Shown piece by piece: positions 11,101 to 19,614 of a stretch of DNA of 64,000 nucleotides. Source of the stretch: Ornithinibacter sp. (lineage in GTDB: Bacteria > Actinomycetota > Actinomycetes > Actinomycetales > Dermatophilaceae); NCBI GenBank assembly GCA_035703305.1, contig DASSYJ010000125.1, positions 8,013-72,012 on the forward strand, read 5' to 3'. Positions within the stretch are counted from its first letter, which is position 1, and each line of letters begins with the position of its first letter. Position numbers and translations under genes: made by a program. Under the pieces are notes generated by a model. The model was given only the letters and a program-made list of their open reading frames with translations, made no database searches and was not told the origin of the DNA.

Positions 11101-11509
11101 GGAGGCCGCCGAGGGCGCGCTCCCACGTGGGTCTGGCCGTGGTCGTCGGCCGCCCGGCGAGGCGGTCGAGCACCGGCTGCCGCTCGCGCACGGCGGCGAC
11201 GACGGCGACGGCGTGCTTGCAGTCGCCCGACACCGGGCAGGTGCAGTCGCTCTGCCACCTCTGGAGGGCGAGCCGACCGGTCGAGGGTGTGGCGACCGGC
11301 CGGAGCGACACCTGGGTCTGGTAGGTCTGGCCGTTGCTGCCCGCGACCCAGCCGGTGGCGCCGGTGCCGTCGTCGTCGACCTCGAGCTCGACGACGCGGC
11401 CCTGCTTGGCGTAGGCGAGCCCGCGGGCGACCGTGATGGTGCCGCACACCTCGTCGAGGTCACGGTTGGTGAGGTCGGCGAGGCGGTCGACGGTGAACAC
11501 GCGTCCCAC
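8192..11509 (-). CDS. SNF2-family helicase with N-terminal SWIM zinc finger
   Basis: CTCP...CKH SWIM motif; LADDMGLGKT, DEAQ, TGTPLEN, SLKAGGFGLTLT, QAIDRTHRIGQ. Confidence 0.95.
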   Translation of the reverse strand: MGRVFTVDRLADLTNRDLDEVCGTITVARGLAYAKQGRVVELEVDDDGTGATGWVAGSNGQTYQTQVSLRPVATPSTGRLALQRWQSDCTCPVSGDCKHAVAVVAAVRERQPVLDRLAGRPTTTARPTWERALGGLLDEGSAEPEHSPVGLLIETATAGPGRSRATDPSREQLRVRPVVPGARGGWIRTGVSWETFAGGYYGFGRVSFSDDHRDALTAIADAHRRSVRAFGYGRMPDAILLDHLGPSWVALLRAADRAGVRLLTDLGEGGEVAFAPDPAELVVEVVRTEEGAELHPRLDLPAGSVGETRLVGSPATGFWLRDGQTLVLGALAEPLDGTRQRLLDLGVVEVPEADWARFTVTHLPGLRRKARVRSLSADLELPDAVAPRLALTATFEAGHRAQLEWGFRYGSIDGGLFVPMAAEDPDPMRDRMAERSLVEGLQAIEEVAAFDPLWQVVARQRRLIPETRLHGFATVAFAALLPALEGHPALELTVVGEPAAYSEAVDAPLIQVSTSDPAEGAPTDWFDLGISVTVAGEDVPLAPLIEALARGHEHLILDSGTWFALDRPELEALRALVEEARSLQDKPSDPLRISVVHAGLWEELAALGVVEQQSARWSEAVGALLDLDAVEPAELPRGLEATLRPYQLDGFRWLSLLWDCGLGGVLADDMGLGKTLQMLAMVQRAQERGELSDPVLVVAPTSVLSTWAGEAARFAPGLGTVVIDRTRAKAGVGLDDAVAGAQVVITSYAVVRIDEVAFRSRAWAAVVLDEAQFVKNHQAKTYQAVRRLTARAKYAITGTPLENSLMDLWSLLSIVAPGLHPRPALFKDLWAKPIESGGDADRLAALRRRIRPLMLRRTKEAVATELPPKQEQVLSVDLHPRHRAVYDRHLQRERQRLLGLIDDVQGNRIAILRALTVLRQMSLDPSLVDEGYAGLAPSAKVDALVEQLGELAQEGHRALVFSQFTGFLGIVRRRLEEEGIAYEYLDGSTRNRADRIAAFREGEAPVFLISLKAGGFGLTLTEADYVFVLDPWWNPAAEAQAIDRTHRIGQTRPVNVYRLVSRDTIEEKVVALQERKRDLFARVVDEGAALSSALTADDLRELLDT

Positions 11510-11740
11510 CAGGTGACCTCCGCGAACCAGCCCGGGCCCCCTCTCGCCCGGGACCCTGAACCACCCACCGTATGCCGTGACCCCGACATCCGCGGAATGC
11601 CGTCCACACCCCCGGAACCCCCCGTTGGGCGATCTCGTGCGACATGCCGACGCATCGGCCCAGGAGGATCACGCTGACGAGGGTGCGACCCTGGTGCCTG
11701 GGAGCGGCCGAGGCGTCTGGCGGCACGGCGACCAGCCCGC

Positions 11741-12979
11741 TCAGGCGGTCGTCCGGTCCCTGCGCTCGCGCTCTGCCAGGGCGACCACACGCTCGTTGAT
11801 CAGGGCGTCGCAGGCGTCAAGGAAACGAGCCATGCTCGCGCCCGGAGTGGTGTCGCCGAAGTAGTGACGGACGAGCGCTGCATGGGTCTCGTCGGGGTGT
11901 GCCACCACGGAGTCCACGACCTCCGCGGTCCGCGGAGCGTCCGCCGCGTCGAGCAGCTCGAGCTCGCGCACCAGGCCCGACTCCGGGAGCTCGGCCCGCG
12001 GCTCAGCCGGTCGGGTGACGAGGAGCGGCTTGCCCGTCGCGAGCCAGTCGTAGGCGACCGCTGAGATGTCGGTGACGCAGACGTCGGCCGCGTCCACCTG
12101 CCAGCCGAACGGTCCGGTGATGTCGGCCAGGTGACCGGCCGACGGGTCCCGGGCATTCGCGCGGCGAAGCAGGGCGAGGATCTCCTCGTGCGCCACGTGG
12201 AAGGCCGGGACGGTGAGGCCGAGCCGAGGGTGGGGCCGATAGATCACCCGATGCCGCCCGGACGCCACGAGCGACCGGACGAGCGGCACACCATGGGCCG
12301 CAGCCGAGGAGTAGCGCATGCTCGGCACGTCGCCCTCGGTGGTGGGGGCGTACAGCACCACCGTTCGGCCGTCGTGGATCAGCGCCGGCCCTGGGTTGTG
12401 CACGTCCACCTGGGGGCGCCCCACCTCCACCAGGTGCGACTCGTCGAAGTCGATCAGCTTGCGCACGATTCGTTCGCGCGCGGCCGTGCCGGCGACGAAG
12501 ACGGCGTCGTAGGCCTTGAGCTGGTTGCTCGACATGTAGTCCTTGTCGGACTCGCCGTGGCAGATGAAGACGTGGGCCGGCTCGGCGAACCGCATCGCCG
12601 GGAAGTTCTGCTGGTTCTGGTTGACGTAGAACACCACGTGGACCCGCTGTCGGTCGAGAAAGCGCTCGACATCTTCGATGGTGTCGGCGTGGTGCACCGG
12701 AACCGGGCAAGCGTCGAGGAGACGCGCCGTCGATGCCCACCTGCGGGTGATGACCGCCACACCATGGCGCTCCGCCAGCCGTCGCATCGGCTCGTACCAC
12801 TGGTCGACCTGGTAGATGTTGTCGGGTAGGTCGGGAAAGTAGACGACGGCCTCGATGGTGTCGTCGGGCACCGGTCCGCGGCGCTCGAGGACCGAGCGTG
12901 CGACCTGGCGGCCGCGGAAGGCCTCAACCGCCCGACCGCCGACCGCGCGGACCTTCGCCAGGTCGTCGGCGAACGTCAT
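11741..12979 (-). CDS. CDP-glycerol glycerophosphotransferase (TagF-like) family protein
   Basis: YQVDQWYEP, HGESDK, VGRPQVD, VLYAPT, YRPHP, TDISAV; its ATG overlaps the upstream TGA. Confidence 0.75.
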   Translation of the reverse strand: MTFADDLAKVRAVGGRAVEAFRGRQVARSVLERRGPVPDDTIEAVVYFPDLPDNIYQVDQWYEPMRRLAERHGVAVITRRWASTARLLDACPVPVHHADTIEDVERFLDRQRVHVVFYVNQNQQNFPAMRFAEPAHVFICHGESDKDYMSSNQLKAYDAVFVAGTAARERIVRKLIDFDESHLVEVGRPQVDVHNPGPALIHDGRTVVLYAPTTEGDVPSMRYSSAAAHGVPLVRSLVASGRHRVIYRPHPRLGLTVPAFHVAHEEILALLRRANARDPSAGHLADITGPFGWQVDAADVCVTDISAVAYDWLATGKPLLVTRPAEPRAELPESGLVRELELLDAADAPRTAEVVDSVVAHPDETHAALVRHYFGDTTPGASMARFLDACDALINERVVALAERERRDRTTA

Positions 12980-14352
12980 CAGGCCGTGAACCGGTCCGCG
13001 ACCTCGAGGGCACGGTCGAGGATGTCGAGGCCCTCCGCCATCTCCTCGGCCGTCGTCGTGCACGGTGGCACGACGTGGGTGCGGTTGAAGTGCGTGAACG
13101 GCCACAGGCCCTCGGCCCTGCAGGCCGCCGCGAGGTCGTTCATCGGCCCGGCGGCGGCGCCGCTCGCGTTGTAGGGGACGAGCGGTTCGCGCGTGCCGGC
13201 ATCCTTGACGAGCTCGAGGGCCCAGAAGAAGCCGAGACCGCGCACCTCGCCCACGCTGGGGTGCTTCTCGGCGATCTCGGCCAGGCGCGGGGCGATGACG
13301 GTGTCGCTCACCTTGCGGACGTTCTCGAGGATCCCCTCCTCCTCGAAGATGCGGATCGAGGCCACGGCCGAGGCGCACGCGAGGGGGTGCCCGGAGTAGG
13401 TGAGCCCACCGGGGTAGGCGCGCTCGGCGAACGTCTCGGCGATCGGGTCGGAGATGACGACGCCGCCCAGCGGCAGGTACCCGGAGTTCACGCCCTTGGC
13501 GAAGCAGATGAGGTCGGGCGAGACGCCCCAGTGGTCGACGGCGAACCACTCGCCGCACCGGCCGAACCCGGCCATGACCTCGTCGGCGATCCACACGATG
13601 CCGTGCTCGTCGCAGATCTCGCGGACGCCGGCGAGGTACCCGTCCGGCGGCACGAGGATGCCGTTGGTGCCGACGACGGTCTCGAGCATGACCGCCGCGA
13701 TCGTCGACGCGCCCTCGACCATGATCGTCTCCCGCAGGTGCTGCAGCGCGCGCTCGCACTCCTCCTGCTCCGTCGTCGCGTGGAACGCGGAGCGGTAGAG
13801 GTAGGGACCCCAGAAGTGGACGATCCCCGGCATCCCCGGCTCGCTCGGCCAGCGACGGGGGTCACCGGTGGCCGTGATCGAGCCGTTGGTCGCCCCGTGG
13901 TAGCTGCGGTATGCCGTGAGCACCTTGTGGCGCCCCGTGTGCAGCCGCGCCATCCGCATGGCGTTCTCGGTCGCCTCGGCACCCCCGTTGGTGAAGAAGA
14001 CGCGGTCCAGCCGCTCGGGCGCCAGCCCGGTAATGAGGCGGGCGGCCTCCGAGCGCGACTCGTCGGCGAAGCTCGGCGCGATCGTGCACTGGCGGGCGGC
14101 GGCCTCCTGGATCGCGGCGACGAGCCTGGGGTGCTGGTAGCCGATGTTGACGTTGACGAGCTGGCTCGAGAAGTCGAGGTAGCGGTTGCCCTCGTAGTCC
14201 CAGAAGTGGCTCCCGGACGCGCCGGCGATGGGCACCGGGTTGATCAGGGCCTGCGCGGACCACGAGTGGAAGACGTGGGCGCGGTCGTCACGGCTCACCC
14301 GGGCGCCGAGGTCGGGGTCGGCGGAGGTCTCGGGCGCGGGTGTGGAGCTCAT
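12979..14352 (-). CDS. Class III PLP aminotransferase (polyamine/omega-amino acid)
   Basis: YLDFSSQLVN, FFTNGGAEA, SYHGAT, IADEVMAGFGRCG, FAKGVNSGY, GLTYSGHP. Confidence 0.92.
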   Translation of the reverse strand: MSSTPAPETSADPDLGARVSRDDRAHVFHSWSAQALINPVPIAGASGSHFWDYEGNRYLDFSSQLVNVNIGYQHPRLVAAIQEAAARQCTIAPSFADESRSEAARLITGLAPERLDRVFFTNGGAEATENAMRMARLHTGRHKVLTAYRSYHGATNGSITATGDPRRWPSEPGMPGIVHFWGPYLYRSAFHATTEQEECERALQHLRETIMVEGASTIAAVMLETVVGTNGILVPPDGYLAGVREICDEHGIVWIADEVMAGFGRCGEWFAVDHWGVSPDLICFAKGVNSGYLPLGGVVISDPIAETFAERAYPGGLTYSGHPLACASAVASIRIFEEEGILENVRKVSDTVIAPRLAEIAEKHPSVGEVRGLGFFWALELVKDAGTREPLVPYNASGAAAGPMNDLAAACRAEGLWPFTHFNRTHVVPPCTTTAEEMAEGLDILDRALEVADRFTA

Positions 14353-14375
14353 CGCGGGGCCTTTCGGTGCTGCCG

Positions 14376-15854
14376 TCAGCGGGGAAGGGTGAAGATCGTG
14401 CGGTGCCAGGGCTTGTGGGCGACCGCGGTCGTGTCGTGCATGACGTGCTTGATGTTCGTGTACTCGTCGAAGGAGTAGGCGGACATGTCCTTGCCGAACC
14501 CGCTGTGACGGTACCCACCGTGCGGCATCTCGCTGATGATCGGGATGTGGTCGTTGACCCACACGCAGCCGGCCCTGATCTCCCGGGTCGCGCGGCCGGC
14601 CCGGTAGGTGTCGCGGGTCCACGCCGAGGCGGCGAGGCCGAACGGGGTGTCGTTGGCGAGGCGGATCGCCTCGTCGTCGTCGTCGAAGGCGACCACCGCG
14701 AGCACCGGCCCGAAGACCTCGTCGCGCCAGATCTCGGAGTCGAGAGGCGCGTCGGAGACGAGCGTCGGCTCGTAGTAGCAGCCTCGCGCGAGGTCGCCCG
14801 TCGGGACGGCTCCGCCGGTGACGACCTTCGCGTACCCGCGCGCCCGGTCGACCATCGCGGCGACCTTCGCCTGGTGGGCCTGCGACGACAGCGGTCCGAG
14901 GTCGGTCGCCTCGTCGTCGGTCGGCCCCATCCGTACGTGAGCCATGAGGTCCGCCACGCCACGGACGAAGTCGTCGTGGACCGAGCGGTGCACGACGGCG
15001 CGGGTGGCGGCGGTGCAGTCCTGGCCGGCATTGATGAGGGATGCCGCGACGGCACCGTGGACGGCCGCGTCGAGGTCCGCGTCGTCGAACACGACGAACG
15101 GCGCCTTCCCGCCGAGCTCGAGGTGGACGCGCTTGCCGGTGGCGGCCGCGGTGGCCATGACGCGGCGGCCGACGGCGGTCGAGCCGGTGAAGGAGGCCAT
15201 CGCGACGTCGGGGTGCCCCACGAGGTGCTCGCCGGCGACCGGCCCGCTGCCCGTGACGACGTTGACGACGCCGGCCGGTGCGCCGGCATCCGTGAAGGCC
15301 TCGGCGAAGAGCAGTGAGGTGAGCGGGGTGATCTCGGCCGGCTTGAGGACGATCGTGTTGCCGGCCGCGATGGCCGGGAGGACCTTCCACGCGGCCATCT
15401 GCAGGGGGTAGTTCCACGGGGCGATCGACCCGACGACGCCGATCGGCTCGCGGCGGATCGAGGACGTGTGGTCGCCGGAGTACTCGGCGGTGGCCATGCC
15501 GTCGAGGCGCCGGGCGGCGGTGCCGAAGAACGCGGTGTTGTCGACCGTGCCGGGGACGTCGAACTCGCGCGCGAGGCGGATCGGCTTGCCGGCCTGCCGG
15601 CTCTCGAGCCGGGCGAGCTCCTCCGCGCGGTCGTCGAGCAGCTGGGCGGCCCTGAGCAGCACCGTGGACCGCTCGACCGGCGTCGCTCGCGACCACTCCT
15701 CGTATGCCGTGCCCGCCGCGGCGACCGCGGCATCCACGTCGTCGTGGCCCGCCAGGGTGACGGTCTCGACCGCCTCGTTCGTGCTGGGGTCGAGGACGTC
15801 GAACGTCTCGCCCGAGGCGGCGTCGCGCCGTTGCCCGCCGATGTACTGGTGCAT
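14376..15854 (-). CDS. Gamma-aminobutyraldehyde dehydrogenase (ALDH family)
   Basis: PWNYPLQMAAWK, FTGSTAVG, LELGGKAP, NAGQDCTA, EVFGPV, EMPHGG...GKDMS. Confidence 0.9.
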   Translation of the reverse strand: MHQYIGGQRRDAASGETFDVLDPSTNEAVETVTLAGHDDVDAAVAAAGTAYEEWSRATPVERSTVLLRAAQLLDDRAEELARLESRQAGKPIRLAREFDVPGTVDNTAFFGTAARRLDGMATAEYSGDHTSSIRREPIGVVGSIAPWNYPLQMAAWKVLPAIAAGNTIVLKPAEITPLTSLLFAEAFTDAGAPAGVVNVVTGSGPVAGEHLVGHPDVAMASFTGSTAVGRRVMATAAATGKRVHLELGGKAPFVVFDDADLDAAVHGAVAASLINAGQDCTAATRAVVHRSVHDDFVRGVADLMAHVRMGPTDDEATDLGPLSSQAHQAKVAAMVDRARGYAKVVTGGAVPTGDLARGCYYEPTLVSDAPLDSEIWRDEVFGPVLAVVAFDDDDEAIRLANDTPFGLAASAWTRDTYRAGRATREIRAGCVWVNDHIPIISEMPHGGYRHSGFGKDMSAYSFDEYTNIKHVMHDTTAVAHKPWHRTIFTLPR

Positions 15855-15945
15855 GGCCGCGAGCATACGTCTCCCGCTCCGGGTGGTCGGAGTGCCGGGA
15901 CCGCCGGGAGGCGCCCCGCCGGGGGCGTCGGGGGGCCGGCGCATC

Positions 15946-15966
15946 TCATCCTTCTCGGGTGATGCC
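15946..15966 (+). promoter_or_regulatory. Palindromic motif TCATCC-N5-GGGTGA(TGCC)
   Basis: A near-identical copy lies at 19478-19498. Confidence 0.5.
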
Positions 15967-16037
15967 GGGTCGTCGGGCCGCCCACGAGAGTGAGGGCTGC
16001 AGCGGCCGAGTGGGCCGGGTCCATCGAGGAGGTGCCC

Positions 16038-16580
16038 ATGCTGGGACGGGATCGACGAGGTGATCGTCGCGACGAGCGTCGAGCGTTCGGGGCCGGCGGC
16101 AACGCCGTGCACTACCAGATGCGCGAGAAGCTCATGTCGATCGGCGACGACTCGTGGATCGAGGACGACGGCGGCCGCAGGGCCTTCAAGGTGAACGGCA
16201 AGGCGCTCCGGGTCCGCAAGACCCTCGTGCTCGAGGACTCCTCGGGCAACGGGCTCTTCCAGATCCAGGACCGCCCCGTGCGCGTGCGCGACGTCATGGA
16301 GGTCGAGCGGGCATCGGGCGGAACCGCCGCCACCGTCAAGAAGGCGATGATCACCCCGTTGCGCGAGCGGTTCTCCGTGGACGTGGCGGACGGCCCGGGC
16401 TGGGAGGTCCACGGCAACATCACCGACCACGAGTACGAGATCAGCGTGGACGGCACGAAGATCGCGGAGGTCTCAAAACGGTGGTTCCGCGTGCGGGACA
16501 CCTACGGAGTCGAGATCCTTCCGGGACAGGACGACGCGCTCGTCCTCGCCGTCACCGTCTGCATCGAACAACTGGCTTGA
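16038..16580 (+). CDS. LURP-one/scramblase-like (DUF567) protein
   Basis: YQMREKLMSIGDDSWIED, FKVNGKALR, AEVSKRWFRVRDTYGVEI; GAGGAGG RBS. Confidence 0.88.
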   Translation: MLGRDRRGDRRDERRAFGAGGNAVHYQMREKLMSIGDDSWIEDDGGRRAFKVNGKALRVRKTLVLEDSSGNGLFQIQDRPVRVRDVMEVERASGGTAATVKKAMITPLRERFSVDVADGPGWEVHGNITDHEYEISVDGTKIAEVSKRWFRVRDTYGVEILPGQDDALVLAVTVCIEQLA

Positions 16581-16652
16581 CCCGCCCCCGGGCTCGGCAA
16601 CGGCGCCGCGGCCCGGGGTCACCACCGACACCAACCGAAAGGACACCACACC

Positions 16653-17051
16653 ATGTGGGACTTCAACTCGAACAGCTTCTGGGACGCACTCCTCTGGGGA
16701 TTCTTCTTCTTCTGCTGGATCGCCTACATCTTCATCTGGGTGCGCTGCGTGTTCGACATGTTCGCCGACCACACCCTCGGCGGCTTCGCCAAGGCGATCT
16801 GGGCGATCTGCTTCATCTTCTTCGGCCCCATCACGACGCTGGTGTACCTCATCGCCCGCGGCAGGAGCATGCAGGAGCGCGCCATGAAGCAGGCAGCGGA
16901 CGTGCAGAGGCAGCAGGAGCGCTACATCAAGGACGTCGCTGCCTCCTCGAGCTCGCCGGCGGCTGAGATCAAGCACGCCAAGGACCTCCTCGACTCCGGC
17001 GCGATCACCCAGTCGGAGTTCGACGCCCTCAAGGCCAAGGCGATGGCCTGA
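16653..17051 (+). CDS. Small membrane protein with PLDc_N-like region and C-terminal SHOCT domain
   Basis: Two TM helices, VYLIARGRSM, AKDLLDSGAITQSEFDALKAK. Confidence 0.88.
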   Translation: MWDFNSNSFWDALLWGFFFFCWIAYIFIWVRCVFDMFADHTLGGFAKAIWAICFIFFGPITTLVYLIARGRSMQERAMKQAADVQRQQERYIKDVAASSSSPAAEIKHAKDLLDSGAITQSEFDALKAKAMA

Positions 17052-17065
17052 CCGGAGCACCGCCT

Positions 17066-17106
17066 CGTGGAGCGAGGGCAGCGGTGGCCGCTGCCCTCGC
17101 TCCACG
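17066..17106 (+). terminator. Perfect 19-bp stem-loop after the SHOCT gene
   Basis: CGTGGAGCGAGGGCAGCGG-TGG-CCGCTGCCCTCGCTCCACG. Confidence 0.75.
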
Positions 17107-17110
17107 CGCA

Positions 17111-17176
17111 GACGGGGTCACCCGGGACGGGGTCACCCCGGACGGGGTCACCCGGGACGGGGTCACCCGGGACGGG
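17111..17176. repeat. 15-bp tandem repeat (GACGGGGTCACCCGG) x4.4
   Basis: Four near-perfect units (one has a G to C change) directly upstream of the SulP gene. Confidence 0.9.
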
Positions 17177-17211
17177 AGCTCGGCCTCGACGGCACGGATG
17201 AAGGAGTCCCC

Positions 17212-18912
17212 ATGAACCTCCTCGGCGGACTGCGCAGCGCCAACCTGCGCTACGACCTCATTGCGGGCGTGACGATCGCGGCGATCGCGATCCCCGAGAG
17301 CCTCGGCTACGCGAAGATCGCCGGCCTTCCGATCCAGACCGGGCTCTACTGCGCGCTGCTGCCGGCCGTGCTGTTCGCCCTCGTCGGGTCCTCGCGCCAG
17401 CTCGTCGTCGGCGCGGACTCGGCCACCGCCGCGTTGGTCGCGGCCGGCGCCGGGGCGGTCGCCACAGCCGGAACCTCGCAGTACGCCTCGGCCGTCGGGG
17501 TCCTCGCGATCCTGACCGCCGCCTGCCTGCTTCTCGTCGTGCTGGCGCGGCTGGACTTCCTCGCCGACCTCATCTCGCAACCCGTGCTCGCCGGCTTCCT
17601 GTCCGGCGTCGGTGTCTCGCTCGTCATCGGCAACCTGCCGGCGATGCTGGGCATCGAGGCGAGTGGCTCCACCTGGGACAAGCTCGTCGCCACGGTCACC
17701 GGGCTCGGCGACGTCAACGGGACCTCCGCCGCCCTGGGGTTCGGCACGGTGGCCGTGATGCTCCTCGTCGAGAAGCGGCTGTCGAAGCTGCCTGCGGCGC
17801 TCGTCTCGCTGGTGCTGCTGAGCCTCATCGGCTACCTCGTGCAGGCCCAGGACAAGGGCGTGGCGATGGTGGGCTCCATTCCCGCCGGCCTGCCGGGCAT
17901 CTCGGTGCCCCAGGTCGAGGCCGGCGAGGTGGCGCGGATGGCGGCCACCGCGGCATCCATCGCCGTGGTGGTGCTGGCCCAGAGCGCGGCCGTCTCGCGC
18001 AGCTTCGCGCTGAAGAACCACTACCCGGTGAGCGTGCGCCAGGACATGGCCGGCCTGGCCCTGGCCAACCTCGGCAGCGCCTTCACCTCGGGGTTCGCGA
18101 TCAACGGCTCGCCGCCGCGGACGGCGGCGGGTGACGGGGCGCGCAGCAGGTCACAGCTCATCAACATCGTCATGGCGGTCACCGTCGGTCTCGTCCTGCT
18201 CTTCCTGACCGGCCTCTTCGAGTACATCCCGTCGGCCGTGCTCGACGCCGTCGTGTTCACCATCGGGCTGCTGCTCGTCAAGTGGCAGACCCTGAGGGAG
18301 GTGGCCCGGGCGAGCCGGTCGGAGTTCCTCGTCGCCATGGTCACGCTGCTCGTCGTGGCGTTCGTCGGCGTCGAGCAGGGCGTCCTGCTCGCCATCGTGC
18401 TGTCCCTGGTCGACCGCCTGCGCCGGCAGTACCACCCCCACTCCGAGGTCCTGGCCTCCGAGGGAGAGGTGGCGTCGCGGCTGGCCTACCGGCTGTCGCT
18501 GCACGGTCCGCTGCCCCCCGGTGCGCTGGACGGGGTCGTCGTCTACCGGTTCGGGGCGCCGCTGTTCTTCGCGAACGCCACGTACTTCGGCGAGCAGGTG
18601 CGCCACCTGCTCGAGGGGGAGCCCGTCGCCGGCCGGGTCGTGGTGCTCGACGCCGCGGCGATGGAGGACCTCGACTACACCGGGGCCCAGACCCTCGCCG
18701 AGCTGGGGCGGGAGATCCGCGCAGCTGGAGGTGAGCTGGTGCTCACCGAGACGTCCGACGAGGTGCTGGCGATGGTCGCGGCCACCGGCATAGGGGACGA
18801 CCTTCGGCTCGTGCCGCGCCTCGAGGATGCCGTGCGCGTCCGCCCGGCCCCGGCCCCCCCGGCATCCCCAGCTTCCCCGGGCCCCCCAGCCGCTCCGACC
18901 CCTCCGACCTGA
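17212..18912 (+). CDS. SulP/SLC26 anion transporter with STAS domain
   Basis: DLIAGVTIAAIAIPESLGYAKIAG, GSSRQLVVG, YRFGAPLFFANA, LDAAAMEDLDYTG. Confidence 0.93.
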   Translation: MNLLGGLRSANLRYDLIAGVTIAAIAIPESLGYAKIAGLPIQTGLYCALLPAVLFALVGSSRQLVVGADSATAALVAAGAGAVATAGTSQYASAVGVLAILTAACLLLVVLARLDFLADLISQPVLAGFLSGVGVSLVIGNLPAMLGIEASGSTWDKLVATVTGLGDVNGTSAALGFGTVAVMLLVEKRLSKLPAALVSLVLLSLIGYLVQAQDKGVAMVGSIPAGLPGISVPQVEAGEVARMAATAASIAVVVLAQSAAVSRSFALKNHYPVSVRQDMAGLALANLGSAFTSGFAINGSPPRTAAGDGARSRSQLINIVMAVTVGLVLLFLTGLFEYIPSAVLDAVVFTIGLLLVKWQTLREVARASRSEFLVAMVTLLVVAFVGVEQGVLLAIVLSLVDRLRRQYHPHSEVLASEGEVASRLAYRLSLHGPLPPGALDGVVVYRFGAPLFFANATYFGEQVRHLLEGEPVAGRVVVLDAAAMEDLDYTGAQTLAELGREIRAAGGELVLTETSDEVLAMVAATGIGDDLRLVPRLEDAVRVRPAPAPPASPASPGPPAAPTPPT

Positions 18913-19035
18913 GACCGCCGAGGCCGCCCGCCCCGCGAGCCGTCCGACGACCCACACTCCCGTCCGCCCCGCAGGACGACGGCGAACGGGGCGCCGACCG
19001 GGTGGTCGACGCCCCGTCCGGGGGTGTGCCGAGGG

Positions 19036-19311
19036 TCAGCCGTTGACAGCGCGCTTGAGCTGCGCAGCGGCCTTGAAACCGACCGAGGTCGACGCGGCGA
19101 TCGAGATCTCCTCGCCCGTCTGGGGGTTGCGGCCGGTGCGGGCCGCGCGGTCCCGGGTCTCGAAGGTGCCGAAGCCGGCGAGGCGCACGTCCTCACCCTT
19201 CGCGAGCTGCTCGCCGATGACGTCGAGCGCGGCGCCGATGATCTCCTCGGCCGCGCTGGCGGAGACGTCGGTGCGGGCCGCGACGGCCTGGGCGATGTCC
19301 TTCTTGGTCAT
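19036..19311 (-). CDS. hup: HU family DNA-binding protein, short 91-aa form
   Basis: MTKKDIAQAVA...VRLAGFGTFE...RAARTGRNPQTGEEI...FKAAAQLK. Confidence 0.93.
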   Translation of the reverse strand: MTKKDIAQAVAARTDVSASAAEEIIGAALDVIGEQLAKGEDVRLAGFGTFETRDRAARTGRNPQTGEEISIAASTSVGFKAAAQLKRAVNG

Positions 19312-19477
19312 GTCACTCTCCTGGTGCTTCTGGTACCGGTCACGTTCTCTCAGGACGCTATCACCGGGCCGTGGCAGGTCTGCGCAGCCCGGGGAGACGC
19401 CGCGGGCGGTAACGGTACGCGGTTCGTGGCCGCCCCGTGCGCGGGACCCCGACATCAGCGACCACCGGCACCGCGAC

Positions 19478-19498
19478 TCACTCGGAGAGGGTGATGCC
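19478..19498 (+). promoter_or_regulatory. Palindromic motif TCACTC-N5-GGGTGA(TGCC)
   Basis: Second copy of the 15946 motif, between the divergent HU and membrane-protein genes. Confidence 0.5.
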
Positions 19499-19614
19499 CC
19501 GCGGGGGACCGGGCGCCACGCTGGAACCGTAGCCCGCGGCTCGGACGTGCCGCCGATCCGCGCCTTCCCCAGGAAGAGGACGAGCATGCGACACCACAGC
19601 GCGGTGACCCCGCG

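Noticed and set aside
8192-11509. SNF2 helicase as part of a defence island
   Set aside because: SWIM-SNF2 is a common stand-alone actinobacterial gene; no methyltransferase or nuclease partners are adjacent
11515-11740. Small RNA or ORF in the intergenic gap upstream of the SNF2 gene
   Set aside because: No convincing ORF with start signals and no recognisable RNA family motif
11741-16430. Long ORFs 11741-13759, 12979-15696 and 14376-16430 as fusion proteins
   Set aside because: The extensions are Arg/Pro-rich off-frame or antisense readings of neighbouring genes, typical of high-GC DNA
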